A DNA stretch of 42,381 nt from an uncultured Treponema sp. GTDB lineage: Bacteria > Spirochaetota > Spirochaetia > Treponematales > Treponemataceae. Below the pieces are notes generated by a model that was not told the DNA's origin, ran no database searches, and worked only from the letters and a program-made list of their open reading frames with translations. Below, in pieces: positions 28,361-37,253 of the stretch (the first letter of the stretch is position 1; the number at the start of each line of letters is the position of its first letter). The position numbers and the translations under genes are program-made. Location: assembly GCA_964547685.1 (NCBI GenBank), contig CAZJOU010000001.1, positions 17,911-60,291 of the forward strand, in the 5' to 3' direction.

Positions 28361-28630
28361 TTACTTAGCTATTTCGGGAATCATTCTAAAAAGCGTTTCT
28401 GTGTAACCTTGCAAATCAGAAAACATCCAGCCAGAAAGTAGCGCAATAACTAAAAGAATGCTTACAAGTTTTGGCAAAAACGTTAAAGTTTGTTCTTGAA
28501 TAGAAGTTACTGCCTGAAAAATTGCAACAATAAGACCAACAATAAGCGCAATTAATAGCGGAGGCGCAATTAGCATAAGAATTTGTACAATTCCTCCGCG
28601 CATTAAATTTACAATTTGACCAATTGACAA
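28361..28630 (-). CDS. fliQ: Flagellar export protein FliQ
   Basis: FQAVTSIQEQTLTFLPK motif; TTG start with GGAGG SD 7 nt upstream. Confidence 0.95.
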   Translation of the reverse strand: MSIGQIVNLMRGGIVQILMLIAPPLLIALIVGLIVAIFQAVTSIQEQTLTFLPKLVSILLVIALLSGWMFSDLQGYTETLFRMIPEIAK

Positions 28631-28644
28631 AGCCTAACCTCCAT

Positions 28645-28711
28645 GTCATTCCCGCACTTGCTGCGAAAATCTATCATTACAATTTAATGTCAAATCAAAT
28701 CCAACAATGAC
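28645..28711. repeat. Degenerate GTCATT-tagged REP-like element (inverted pair) between fliP and fliQ
   Basis: GTCATTCCCGCACTTGCTGCGAAAATCT (28645-28672) followed by a decayed partner ending CAATGAC (28711). Confidence 0.6.
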
Positions 28712-28719
28712 CAGTAATA

Positions 28720-29544
28720 CTAATGAATTACAGAATTAAAAAGTTCTGTAGTTAAAAGTCCCCAACCGTCAACAAGAACAAAAAGCATAAGCTTAAACGG
28801 CATAGAAATTTGAACTGGCGGAAGCATCATCATTCCCATACTCATAAGAATACTTGCAACAACCATATCTATAATTATGAACGGAATATACAAAATTACG
28901 CCAATCTTAAATGCAACAGTAAGTTCGTGCAAAATATACGAAGGAATTAAAACATAAGTTGGAACATCTGCAAGCGTATTTGGACGTTCAAGTTTTGCCA
29001 TATTCATAAAAGTTGCAATGTAACTTGTGTCGCCAGACATTTGCGTATACATAAATTGCCTTATTGGTGCTTCTGCTTGATGATACGCTTCTGAAATTTC
29101 AATTTCGCCATTAGAAAGTGGCTTAAACGCTTTGTCGTACATTTGCGTAAAAGTTGGCCACATAATAAAAAGCGTCATAAAAAATGCAATTCCATTTAAT
29201 ACAGCAGTAGGCGGAACTTGCTGCAAAGAAAGCGCTCTTTTTATAAAGTCCAAAACTATAGAAAAACGCAAAAAACAAGTTAATAAAATTAAAAGACTTG
29301 GCGCTAAACTTAAAACTGTAAGCAAAACCAAAAGTCTAACAGAAAACGCAACTTCGCGCCCAGTTCTAGGTTCGGTTATATCAATTGATATATTTGGAAC
29401 TTCTGCGGGGCGCACATTTCTATTCATTTCGGTAGTTCCGCGCGTTGAACCTTGCGGAAAATTATTATTTTGCGAAAACGAAGAAAAAACAAAAACAAAC
29501 GAAAAAAGCGATAAAATAAAGATTTTTTTTAGAATTGACTTCAT
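28720..29544 (-). CDS. fliP: Flagellar export protein FliP
   Basis: LTVLSLAPS, QQVPP, ELTVAFKIG and MGMMMLPP…PFKLMLFVLVDGW motifs. Start placed at the ATG at 29544 (MKSIL), right after the fliO stop. Confidence 0.95.
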   Translation of the reverse strand: MKSILKKIFILSLFSFVFVFSSFSQNNNFPQGSTRGTTEMNRNVRPAEVPNISIDITEPRTGREVAFSVRLLVLLTVLSLAPSLLILLTCFLRFSIVLDFIKRALSLQQVPPTAVLNGIAFFMTLFIMWPTFTQMYDKAFKPLSNGEIEISEAYHQAEAPIRQFMYTQMSGDTSYIATFMNMAKLERPNTLADVPTYVLIPSYILHELTVAFKIGVILYIPFIIIDMVVASILMSMGMMMLPPVQISMPFKLMLFVLVDGWGLLTTELFNSVIH

Positions 29545-29545
29545 A

Positions 29546-30184
29546 TTATTTACCGCCATTCAATTTATTTCGCTGCTTTTCTAGAAGTTCAGCAATTTTA
29601 TTTTTTGCGCCGCTCATTACGTTTTCATCTTTTTTTTCGCGCGGACCGTTCGGCATAAAAATATCAAGAATATCAGCAAAATTTTTAGGTTTATTCGTCT
29701 TTTTTTGCTTATCAGAATAAAGATTCATTGCTTGAATTAACTCTGTGTCATCAATTTGGCTTATAAGATTTACAGAGTCATCAGAAACGCCAATCATAAA
29801 TGCGTATTTATCTGTAAGCGTTACAATTTGAACAGATTTAGTAGGCGAAATATTCACAGAAGAAACAATGCGCATAAATATGTCATCGTTTTCCGGCGTA
29901 GACATATTTTTTTTCATAAACCGGAACACAAAATAAATGCAGGCAACAACAATAATAAGAACTACAATCATTCTTACAAGTAACGAAAACGTAGAAGAAC
30001 CACGATTTTCTGCCTGATTTTCTTGTGGCGCACTTAAAATTACAGAAGATTCGTCAAAAGTATTTTCTGTGTTTTCTATAACTTGATTTTCTTCATTAGG
30101 CACCGAACTAGATTCTTGCGCAACTAAAAACGAAAAAGAAAGTGCAACAAAACACAAAAAAGTTAAAAAGAATTTTTTACTCAA
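29546..30184 (-). CDS. fliO: Flagellar biogenesis protein FliO/FliZ
   Basis: Single TM followed by KSVQIV…IGVSDDSVNLI; lies between fliY and fliP; TTG start. Confidence 0.85.
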   Translation of the reverse strand: MSKKFFLTFLCFVALSFSFLVAQESSSVPNEENQVIENTENTFDESSVILSAPQENQAENRGSSTFSLLVRMIVVLIIVVACIYFVFRFMKKNMSTPENDDIFMRIVSSVNISPTKSVQIVTLTDKYAFMIGVSDDSVNLISQIDDTELIQAMNLYSDKQKKTNKPKNFADILDIFMPNGPREKKDENVMSGAKNKIAELLEKQRNKLNGGK

Positions 30185-30216
30185 TTTTCCCCACCCTGAA
30201 AAATTAAGATAATTTT

Positions 30217-31422
30217 TTAATGCAAATCAGAAACTCGTTCCAAAGGCGAAAGTATTTCTGTTACGCGAACACCAAAGTTTTCATCAATAACAACAACTTC
30301 ACCTTTAGCAATAGGTTTATGGTTTACAAGTATATCAACAGGTTCACCAGCAAGCTTATCAAGTTCTATAATTGTTCCTTCGCCCATTCCCAAAATTTCT
30401 TTTATTTGTTTTTTGGTGCGACCAAGTTCTACAGTCATTTCCATGTAAACGTCCATGATTAGACTGATATTTCCTTGTTCGCCAGGAACATTTGAACCTT
30501 GCAAATTTGGATATTGCAAAGTTTGAACATTTGGCATGCTCATTCCCATATTTTGAGCCATTGGCATTTGCTGCATAGGCATTTGTCCCATCATCTGAGG
30601 CTGCATTCCCATTTGGTTCATTCCCATCTGTCCCATCATAGGTTGTTGCATTCCCATTTGATTCATGCCCATTTGACCCATCATCTGAGGTTGCTGCATT
30701 TGGTTCATTCCATTCATTTGGTTCATTGCATTTGCAGCATCTGGAGTTGCACTAGTAGCACTATCTGCGCCAGCATTTCCACCATAAGCATTGCTTATTT
30801 GTTCACCAACTTCACCACCAAGACATTCCCACAAAGTGTAGTTTTGTCCGTCTAACGAAAGCGGATAACTAATTAATGGAAATTTATTTTGTGGAATTCT
30901 AAGCATCGCTTTTGGACTGTTAGACGCTTCTGGCGGATTTGACGCAAGACCAGGAAATTTACCTGTTTTGTCAAGTTCCTGAATTTCTGTTCCAGAATGC
31001 ATTGCAACAACTTCCGAAATGCAATTTAACGCCATATCGTCAAATTCTGCGTTATCTTCTTTATTTATAAGATTTACAATTTTTTGCGCAAGTTCTGGCG
31101 AAAGAATATAAAGATGTTCGCCAGCCATTCCAGAAGAAAAATCCGAAATTACAGAAACAACAACTTCTGGAATTCTAGAAAGAAGCGCATCTCGGTCAAG
31201 AAGCTCTACAGTTGGAGCAGCGCAAGTAAAGTTTGCTCCTGTCATAGAGTTTAATTTTTCTACAAAAGGAGCGTTTAAGTTTCCAGCAAAAGTTGTCAAA
31301 GCGTTTGTGTCAATATGAACTGCCGGACCACCATTTACATGACCGGATGAATTCAAACCGTCAACAGAAACACCTGAAAGCAAAGCGTCAATTTCATCCT
31401 GAGAAATAGCACCATCACTCAT
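30217..31422 (-). CDS. fliY: Flagellar switch protein FliY/FliN (CheC-like domain, Q/M-rich linker, FliN domain)
   Basis: ISQDEIDALL N terminus; C-terminal SpoA domain VELGRT…LDKLAGEPVDILVN…GEVVVIDENFGVR. Confidence 0.9.
   Translation of the reverse strand: MSDGAISQDEIDALLSGVSVDGLNSSGHVNGGPAVHIDTNALTTFAGNLNAPFVEKLNSMTGANFTCAAPTVELLDRDALLSRIPEVVVSVISDFSSGMAGEHLYILSPELAQKIVNLINKEDNAEFDDMALNCISEVVAMHSGTEIQELDKTGKFPGLASNPPEASNSPKAMLRIPQNKFPLISYPLSLDGQNYTLWECLGGEVGEQISNAYGGNAGADSATSATPDAANAMNQMNGMNQMQQPQMMGQMGMNQMGMQQPMMGQMGMNQMGMQPQMMGQMPMQQMPMAQNMGMSMPNVQTLQYPNLQGSNVPGEQGNISLIMDVYMEMTVELGRTKKQIKEILGMGEGTIIELDKLAGEPVDILVNHKPIAKGEVVVIDENFGVRVTEILSPLERVSDLH
30539..30730 (-). repeat. Intragenic imperfect tandem repeat (~45 nt unit) encoding a Q/M/G/N/P-rich linker
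   Basis: QQPQMMGQMGMNQMGM / QQPMMGQMGMNQMGM / QPQMMGQMPM in FliY. Confidence 0.85.
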
Positions 31423-32456
31423 AATGTATCATCTCCTTCTACAGAAAGTTCTTCAAAATCTTCCGCAGCTACATCTTCTAATTTGCCTGTAACCTGAACC
31501 GCCATTTTTTTGCCGACAATTCCTGGCTGACAGTAAAATTTTTTCTTATTACCAACACTCAAAGTAAAAGGTTCCCCAACTTTTGTGTTAGAAAGCCTAA
31601 CGACATCTCCAACTTTTAGCGCAAGAACATCGCGAACCGGCAAATTTATTGAACCGACTTCTGCAACTACTTCCATATCTACAGAAGCAAGTTTTTCTTT
31701 TAATGTTCCCAAATATTGAGTTGTAGAACTTCTTCTAACAGATGAAAACCAAAACTGCGAAGAAAGCTTTGAAATTATTGGCTCTATAGTTAAGTAAGGA
31801 ATGCAGAAGTTCATCATACCTTCTTCGTCCCCTACTTTTGTTTCCAAAGTAATTAAAACAACCATTTCTGATGGCGGAACAATTTGCGCAAATTGCGGGT
31901 TTGTTTCTATTTGACCAAGTCGTGGTCGTAAATCTATAACTTGTGTCCAAGCTTCGCGCATATTCGCTAAAATGCGAACAATAATTCCTTCCATAACCGA
32001 CTGTTCAATATCTGTAAGGTCGCGATTTTTATTCGTTGCTGTAACACCACGTCCACCAAACAAACGGTCAATCATACAAAATGTAATTGCAGGGTCAATT
32101 TCTAAAACTGCGTTTCCTTTTAGCGGATCCATATTAACAACTGCCAATGTAGTTGGCGTTGGAATTGAACGAATAAATTCTTCGTAAGTAAGCTGATCTA
32201 CAGAAGCAACGTGAACATGAACTAACGAACGAAGTTGGGCAGAAAGAGAAGTTGTAGTTAAACGCGCAAAGGTTTCGTGCATATTAGAAACCGTGCGTAA
32301 CTGTTCCTTAGAAAATTTATCAGGACGTTTGAAGTCATAAATTTTTATTTTGCGAGTATCATTTACCGGCTTAAAATCGTAATTATTATCAGAGTCGCCT
32401 GAACTAATTGCGGTTAAAAGTTGGTCAATTTCATCCTGTGATAGAACTTCTGTCAT
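31419..32456 (-). CDS. fliM: Flagellar motor switch protein FliM
   Basis: VLSQDEIDQLL, YDFKRPDKFSKEQLR and ETNPQF motifs. Confidence 0.97.
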   Translation of the reverse strand: MTEVLSQDEIDQLLTAISSGDSDNNYDFKPVNDTRKIKIYDFKRPDKFSKEQLRTVSNMHETFARLTTTSLSAQLRSLVHVHVASVDQLTYEEFIRSIPTPTTLAVVNMDPLKGNAVLEIDPAITFCMIDRLFGGRGVTATNKNRDLTDIEQSVMEGIIVRILANMREAWTQVIDLRPRLGQIETNPQFAQIVPPSEMVVLITLETKVGDEEGMMNFCIPYLTIEPIISKLSSQFWFSSVRRSSTTQYLGTLKEKLASVDMEVVAEVGSINLPVRDVLALKVGDVVRLSNTKVGEPFTLSVGNKKKFYCQPGIVGKKMAVQVTGKLEDVAAEDFEELSVEGDDTL

Positions 32457-32485
32457 CTACCTTCCACCTTGAACACGACTACCTC

Positions 32486-33028
32486 TTACTGCTCTAGAAC
32501 ATCTAACTGCTGGAAAGAAATGTCCTTTATTTTTGACGAACTTAAAATCTCATCATTTATTTCGTTTCGTAATTCAATTTTAAGTTTCTGTTCATTTTGA
32601 GGACGCAATTCTGCAATCGTCTTCTGAGTAAAGTATCGGCGTAAAAAGTCTTTAAGTTCAATATTTCTTTGCGTAATTTCTGTAGAACATTGTTTATCGT
32701 CTTTTTTGTAACCCAAAGCAACATCTACAACAACGCTAGCTGGAATTTCATCGCTAGTTTTTGTTCTTATTGGACCAAGAGAAGTATACCAATCTAAAAT
32801 TTCGCGTTGAACTTGGTATTCATCAGAAACCATAAGAACTGGAGTTTGAGTTTTATTATTAGTTATAATTTTTACAGTTACCACAACGATGACTACTATT
32901 AAAATTACTGCACCCAAAGCAATGGCAATCCATTTTAATAATGAAGTTATAAGTCCGCCACCTCTGCTTTTTTTTGCAGGAGTTGTTTCTGCGCCTTCAT
33001 CTAATCCGTCAAGTCCGTCGTCTGCCAT
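32486..33028 (-). CDS. fliL: Flagellar basal body-associated protein FliL
   Basis: Single TM plus FliL-like domain between motB and fliM; GGGAGG SD. Confidence 0.88.
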   Translation of the reverse strand: MADDGLDGLDEGAETTPAKKSRGGGLITSLLKWIAIALGAVILIVVIVVVTVKIITNNKTQTPVLMVSDEYQVQREILDWYTSLGPIRTKTSDEIPASVVVDVALGYKKDDKQCSTEITQRNIELKDFLRRYFTQKTIAELRPQNEQKLKIELRNEINDEILSSSKIKDISFQQLDVLEQ

Positions 33029-33078
33029 TTTTCCCTCCCGGAAAAAAAACTTTAAAATATATCTAGAAAATTATACAC

Positions 33079-33807
33079 CTAAAAGTGTCCCTCGTCTAGA
33101 ATTATTATATCAACTCTGCGGTTATATGCCCGCCCTTCTGGAGTATCATTTGAAAATTTAGGCTGAGTATCTGCATAACCGGCTACAGAAAAGCGACTTT
33201 CGTCAACTCCGTAATCCGAAAGATAATGCAAAACATTGGTTGCACGCGCAGTAGAAAGTTCCCAGTTACTAGGAAAATTAGAATCTTCCGAAACTGGCGT
33301 ATTATCTGTATGACCTTCTATGCGAAATTTTCTGTTTTTTAACGCAGGATCTTTAAAAAAATCAGAAAGTCGCAAAAGCGTATCGCGAGTTTCTTCTATA
33401 TTTAAGTCCGCACTACCTTCTTCAAAAAAATTATCGGCTGCCAAAGAAATTACAAGACCACGTTCATCGCTTGTAATTGTAATTTTATTTGATTTTACAT
33501 CTGGTGCAAAAAGCGAAACTGCCTTTTTTTTAGCAAGTCCCAAAGATTTTCCTTTTTCTATAGCAGGAAGAGAATTTATTGTATTTCCTAAATCAGAAAG
33601 TTTTCCTGTAGAAAGCGAAAGTCCGCCATTTACAGATTCTGTTTCGTTCATTTGCAAAGATTGCGTTATTGTTGCAAGTTGCGTTACGTCTACTTCCGAA
33701 GGATTATAAAGCATTACGAAGAAGCAGAGCATAAGCGTAATCATATCGCCATAAGTGCCTTGCCAGGCGGTTGATGGTTTTTCTGGTTCTTTTTTTTCTC
33801 TTGCCAT
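33079..33807 (-). CDS. motB: Flagellar stator MotB
   Basis: [21 protein letters not shown] with the essential Asp; OmpA-like IEGHTD, SNWELS and NRRVDI motifs. Confidence 0.96.
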   Translation of the reverse strand: MAREKKEPEKPSTAWQGTYGDMITLMLCFFVMLYNPSEVDVTQLATITQSLQMNETESVNGGLSLSTGKLSDLGNTINSLPAIEKGKSLGLAKKKAVSLFAPDVKSNKITITSDERGLVISLAADNFFEEGSADLNIEETRDTLLRLSDFFKDPALKNRKFRIEGHTDNTPVSEDSNFPSNWELSTARATNVLHYLSDYGVDESRFSVAGYADTQPKFSNDTPEGRAYNRRVDIIILDEGHF

Positions 33808-33818
33808 CGTACTTTTCC

Positions 33819-34601
33819 TTAGTCTTTAAGAATATCTGCTTCTATAGATTTTCTTGTAACTGGATCTAGATATGTAAGAAGTTTTTGTCCCATAATGCGT
33901 GGGTTTTCTCCGGCCTGAATTGCAAGAACGCCTTCTATAACCATTTCTTTAGCGCGCATTTCCATAGAATTTTGAGTAAGAAGTTTCTGCGCAAAAGGAA
34001 CAATAAGCCAGTTTGCCATCATAGAACCGTAAAGTGTTGTAATCAACGCTACGGCCATGTTAGGACCAAGCGAAGATTTATCTTCCAAGTTTCTTAACAT
34101 ACCAATAAGACCAAGAACGGTACCCATCATACCAAAACCCGGAGCAAAGCCAGCCCACTGGTTTAAGACATTAATCCATTCCATGTGTCGCGCTTCGCAC
34201 TGGCTCATTTCGTTTTCCATAATTGTTCTAATTACGTTTCCGTCTGTACCATCAACTACAAGCCGAAGACCATTTCGCATAAAAGTATCGTCAAGGTCAT
34301 CAAGTCCATCTTCCAAAGCAAGAATACCTTCGCGGCGCGCTTTGTTAGATAAATCCATAAGTTTTGAAATTAGCGTTTTTTCGCCAAAATCTGGAACCTT
34401 AAAACATTTTCCAATGATTTTAAAAACACCGACCGCTTTAGAAATTGGTGCAAGAATAAAAATAGATGCATAAGAACCACCGATTGTCATAAAAACAGAC
34501 GGAATATCAATAATACCGCCAAGCGAACCACCAGACGTTAATGTTGACATTATAATACAGGCTGCACCACCAACAAGACCAATTATTGTAGCTATATCCA
34601 T
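33819..34601 (-). CDS. motA: Flagellar stator MotA
   Basis: [24 protein letters not shown] and [11 protein letters not shown] motifs. Confidence 0.96.
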   Translation of the reverse strand: MDIATIIGLVGGAACIIMSTLTSGGSLGGIIDIPSVFMTIGGSYASIFILAPISKAVGVFKIIGKCFKVPDFGEKTLISKLMDLSNKARREGILALEDGLDDLDDTFMRNGLRLVVDGTDGNVIRTIMENEMSQCEARHMEWINVLNQWAGFAPGFGMMGTVLGLIGMLRNLEDKSSLGPNMAVALITTLYGSMMANWLIVPFAQKLLTQNSMEMRAKEMVIEGVLAIQAGENPRIMGQKLLTYLDPVTRKSIEADILKD

Positions 34602-34801
34602 TACAAAACCTCTTGGGCATTAATTCCAATTTTTTTTCTATATTCAATGATTTTTTGAATTATTTCTGAAGGGGAATTTTTAACAACAATCTTTTTTCCA
34701 GACAACATTGTTAAAGTTAAATCAGGATTTGATTCCATACTTTCAATCATGTGCGGATTCACCCAATAAACTTTCCCATCCAAGCGCATAACTTCTATCA
34801 T
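34601..34801 (-). CDS. flbD: Flagellar protein FlbD
   Basis: MIEVMRLDGK..VNPHMIE…PD FlbD pattern; TAATG overlap with motA. Confidence 0.9.
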   Translation of the reverse strand: MIEVMRLDGKVYWVNPHMIESMESNPDLTLTMLSGKKIVVKNSPSEIIQKIIEYRKKIGINAQEVL

Positions 34802-34874
34802 TTATTATATTTTCCTTTGCAAATTAAATATCGTCAAGATATTTGTTTTAGAAAATAATTTATTTCTATTATAT

Positions 34875-34902
34875 TTAACGGCAATTATTTATTCAACTTT
34901 TA
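34875..34902 (-). promoter_or_regulatory. sigma28-type promoter of the flbD-mot-fli operon
   Basis: TAAA-N16-GCCGTTAA (TAAAAGTT…GCCGTTAA), close to the TAAAGTTT-N11-GCCGATAA consensus. A weaker GACGATAT lies at 34835-34828. Confidence 0.6.
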
Positions 34903-34944
34903 GAAAGAATTTTGTAGAAAAATGTATAGATTTGTGGAAAAATT

Positions 34945-34972
34945 CGTCATTCCGGACTTGATTCGGAATGAC
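34945..34972. repeat. CGTC/GTCATT-tagged REP-like palindrome
   Basis: C-GTCATTCCGGA-CTTGA-TTCGGAATGAC: 11 bp stem with one G-T pair and the same CTTGA loop as at 7481. Confidence 0.78.
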
Positions 34973-34993
34973 ACGTTTTTACATTTTCTTAAA

Positions 34994-35566
34994 TTATTTT
35001 AAAAGAGACTTTGCTTCGTCTAGTTCGTTTTTTTCTAGAAGTTCGCGAATCATTGTGCTACTTATTCGTTTTCCGTCTTCTTTTACAAGTTCTATAAATT
35101 GTGATTTTATTTTGTTTTTTTTGCAAAAAGATTCAATTTCGGCTTTTCCGAACGAACCACCTTTTCCGCAACAAAAATCTTTTCCTTCTGCAACAAACTT
35201 TAAGTTCAGTTTTTCTTTAAGAATAGAAAAAAACGTTTCGCCGCTAATATTTTTAAAGTCGCTATCAAAATGAATTACAAGCGCAAAATCAAAACCTAAA
35301 TCGCTAAAAATTTTAAGTCGTTCTTGTAGCGTAGAAATGTCGCCTTTGTAATTTTTTCCTTCTTTTAGCGCAGTAATAGGTTTTTCAAAAGTTACAATTC
35401 CGCTTTTAGTTCCGTTTTTTTTAGAAAAATCTAAAACTTCCTTAAAAACCGCAAAATGTCCACGATGTGGTCCATCAAAAGAACCAATAGTTAACGCAGT
35501 TCCGCAATTTATAAAATCGTTTTTAAAATTACCTAAAAGAAAATCAGCCCAAGAAATTATTTTCAA
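34994..35566 (-). CDS. Stand-alone FMN adenylyltransferase (N-terminal domain of RibF/FAD synthetase)
   Basis: ALTIGSFDGPHRGH (HxGH), GKDF..G and RISSTMIRE motifs; no riboflavin kinase domain; TTG start. Confidence 0.82.
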   Translation of the reverse strand: MKIISWADFLLGNFKNDFINCGTALTIGSFDGPHRGHFAVFKEVLDFSKKNGTKSGIVTFEKPITALKEGKNYKGDISTLQERLKIFSDLGFDFALVIHFDSDFKNISGETFFSILKEKLNLKFVAEGKDFCCGKGGSFGKAEIESFCKKNKIKSQFIELVKEDGKRISSTMIRELLEKNELDEAKSLLK

Positions 35567-35569
35567 AAT

Positions 35570-36478
35570 TTATTTTTCCCACAAAATTTCTGGATAATAG
35601 CCACTAGCAATTTTTTTTGCAATTTCTGCTTTTACATTTTCGCGGTCTTCTGGATATGTCATTCCAAACCAATTTTCTTTAGAAGTATAAACTTTTACAG
35701 TTCCTTTTTTATCTTTTATAATATCGCTTGCAACAACTGGTAAAAGTGCTTCTGTTTTTTCGGCTGTAACATTTTGCTTTAAAAAGTTTTCCCAATAAAT
35801 ATTAAATTCTTCAAATGCTTTTGGACTAAAACCAAAAAGATTCATACTTACTGTTTCTTTTCCAGTTAAAATGTCTTTATGGTCGCCCCAATCAGAAACA
35901 ACTTTGCCATTTTCAAAATAGATTTTTAAGTTTTCTACAATAGAAACAAGATTTCCATCTTTTACAGTGCAAACGCCACGACTTACAGAACCATTTTTGC
36001 TCATTGTGTTTTCCAAAACGTAGCCAACCATTGCGTGTTCCGTAGAATCGTTATTAATAGAAGAAAGATGTTTTCCTAAAGTTTCAAATGCGGCTCGCCC
36101 ATAATAGTCGTCAGAGTTGATTACCGCAAAAGGTTCGTTAATTGATTTTTCTGCGCACAAAATTGCATGCGCTGTTCCCCAAGGTTTTGTGCGTTCTTTA
36201 GAAAGTTCAATTTGTTCTTTTGTTAAAAGACTTTCCCGCGACTGAAAAACATATTCTGCATTCATATTTCGACTAACGCGGTCAAAAAGTCGTTCGCGAA
36301 AATCTTTTTCTATATCTTTTCTGATTATATAAACAACTTTGCCAAATCCTGCTTTTTTTGCATCAAAAGTTGCGTAATCAAGCAAACATTCTCCGTTCTT
36401 GCCAACTGCATCTATTTGTTTAACGCCGCCGTAACGGCTACCCATTCCTGCTGCAAGAACTAAAAGTGTTGGTTTCAT
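35570..36478 (-). CDS. Sugar-phosphate nucleotidyltransferase (NTP_transferase family)
   Basis: LAAGMGSRYGGVKQ, KPWGTAHA, INSDDYYG and WFGMTYPED motifs. Confidence 0.85.
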   Translation of the reverse strand: MKPTLLVLAAGMGSRYGGVKQIDAVGKNGECLLDYATFDAKKAGFGKVVYIIRKDIEKDFRERLFDRVSRNMNAEYVFQSRESLLTKEQIELSKERTKPWGTAHAILCAEKSINEPFAVINSDDYYGRAAFETLGKHLSSINNDSTEHAMVGYVLENTMSKNGSVSRGVCTVKDGNLVSIVENLKIYFENGKVVSDWGDHKDILTGKETVSMNLFGFSPKAFEEFNIYWENFLKQNVTAEKTEALLPVVASDIIKDKKGTVKVYTSKENWFGMTYPEDRENVKAEIAKKIASGYYPEILWEK

Positions 36479-36512
36479 AATTCCCTCATTACATTTTTAT
36501 TTAATTCTTCTA

Positions 36513-37217
36513 TTATTCCACAATTATTGTTTCTAATGCAAGTATCATCATATCTTTAAAAGTTGTTTGGCGTTCTTCTGCAGTTGTTTCGCCACCTTTT
36601 ACAATATGGTCGCTTACAGTAAAAATAGAAAGTGCTTTTCTGTTAAATTCTGCGGCAAGCGTAAAAAGTTCTGCGGATTCCATTTCTATTCCAATTGCGC
36701 CATATTTTTTCCAAAGTTTCCAGTTTTGATTGTCATCGTAAAACCTATCGCTAGAAACTACTGGACCAACTTTTGCTTTTATTCCAAGTTCTTTTGCTTT
36801 GTTATAAGCGGTGTAAAGAAGTTCAAAATCTGCTGTAGGCGCAAAATGCAAACCGCCAAAACGTTGATTTAATAAATATGAATCTGAAAATGCTGCGTTT
36901 GCAATAACTGTGTCTTTTAAGTTTACGTCTTCTTGAACTGAACCAATTGTCCCAATTCTAATTGCTTTTTGAACGCCATAAAAGCGAAAAAGTTCGTTTA
37001 CATAAATAGAAAGAGAAGGCTGCCCCATTCCAGTTCCCTGAACAGAAACAGTAACTCCTTTATATTTTCCGGTAAAACCGTACATTCCGCGAACTTCGTT
37101 ATAACATTTTGGATTTTCCAAAAAAGTTTCGGCAATAAACTTTGCTCGTAGCGGGTCGCCCGGCAAAAGAACTTTATCTGCAATAGCACCTTCTGGCGCA
37201 TTAATATGTGTACTCAT
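36513..37217 (-). CDS. deoD: Purine nucleoside phosphorylase (DeoD type)
   Basis: [31 protein letters not shown] and ERQ motifs. Confidence 0.96.
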   Translation of the reverse strand: MSTHINAPEGAIADKVLLPGDPLRAKFIAETFLENPKCYNEVRGMYGFTGKYKGVTVSVQGTGMGQPSLSIYVNELFRFYGVQKAIRIGTIGSVQEDVNLKDTVIANAAFSDSYLLNQRFGGLHFAPTADFELLYTAYNKAKELGIKAKVGPVVSSDRFYDDNQNWKLWKKYGAIGIEMESAELFTLAAEFNRKALSIFTVSDHIVKGGETTAEERQTTFKDMMILALETIIVE

Positions 37218-37224
37218 AACGTTT

Positions 37225-37253
37225 AGTATAACACAGTTTTAAAAAAACACCAA
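37225..37253 (-). promoter_or_regulatory. sigma70 promoter with extended -10, candidate leaderless promoter of deoD
   Basis: TTGGTG-17 nt-TATACT with TGn extension; the -10 box ends 7 nt before the ATG; no SD. Confidence 0.65.

Noticed and set aside
34828-34850. Second sigma28-like site (TAAA…GACGATAT) upstream of flbD
   Set aside because: Only 11 nt separate TAAA and the -10 element, versus the usual 15-16; the site at 34875-34902 fits better.
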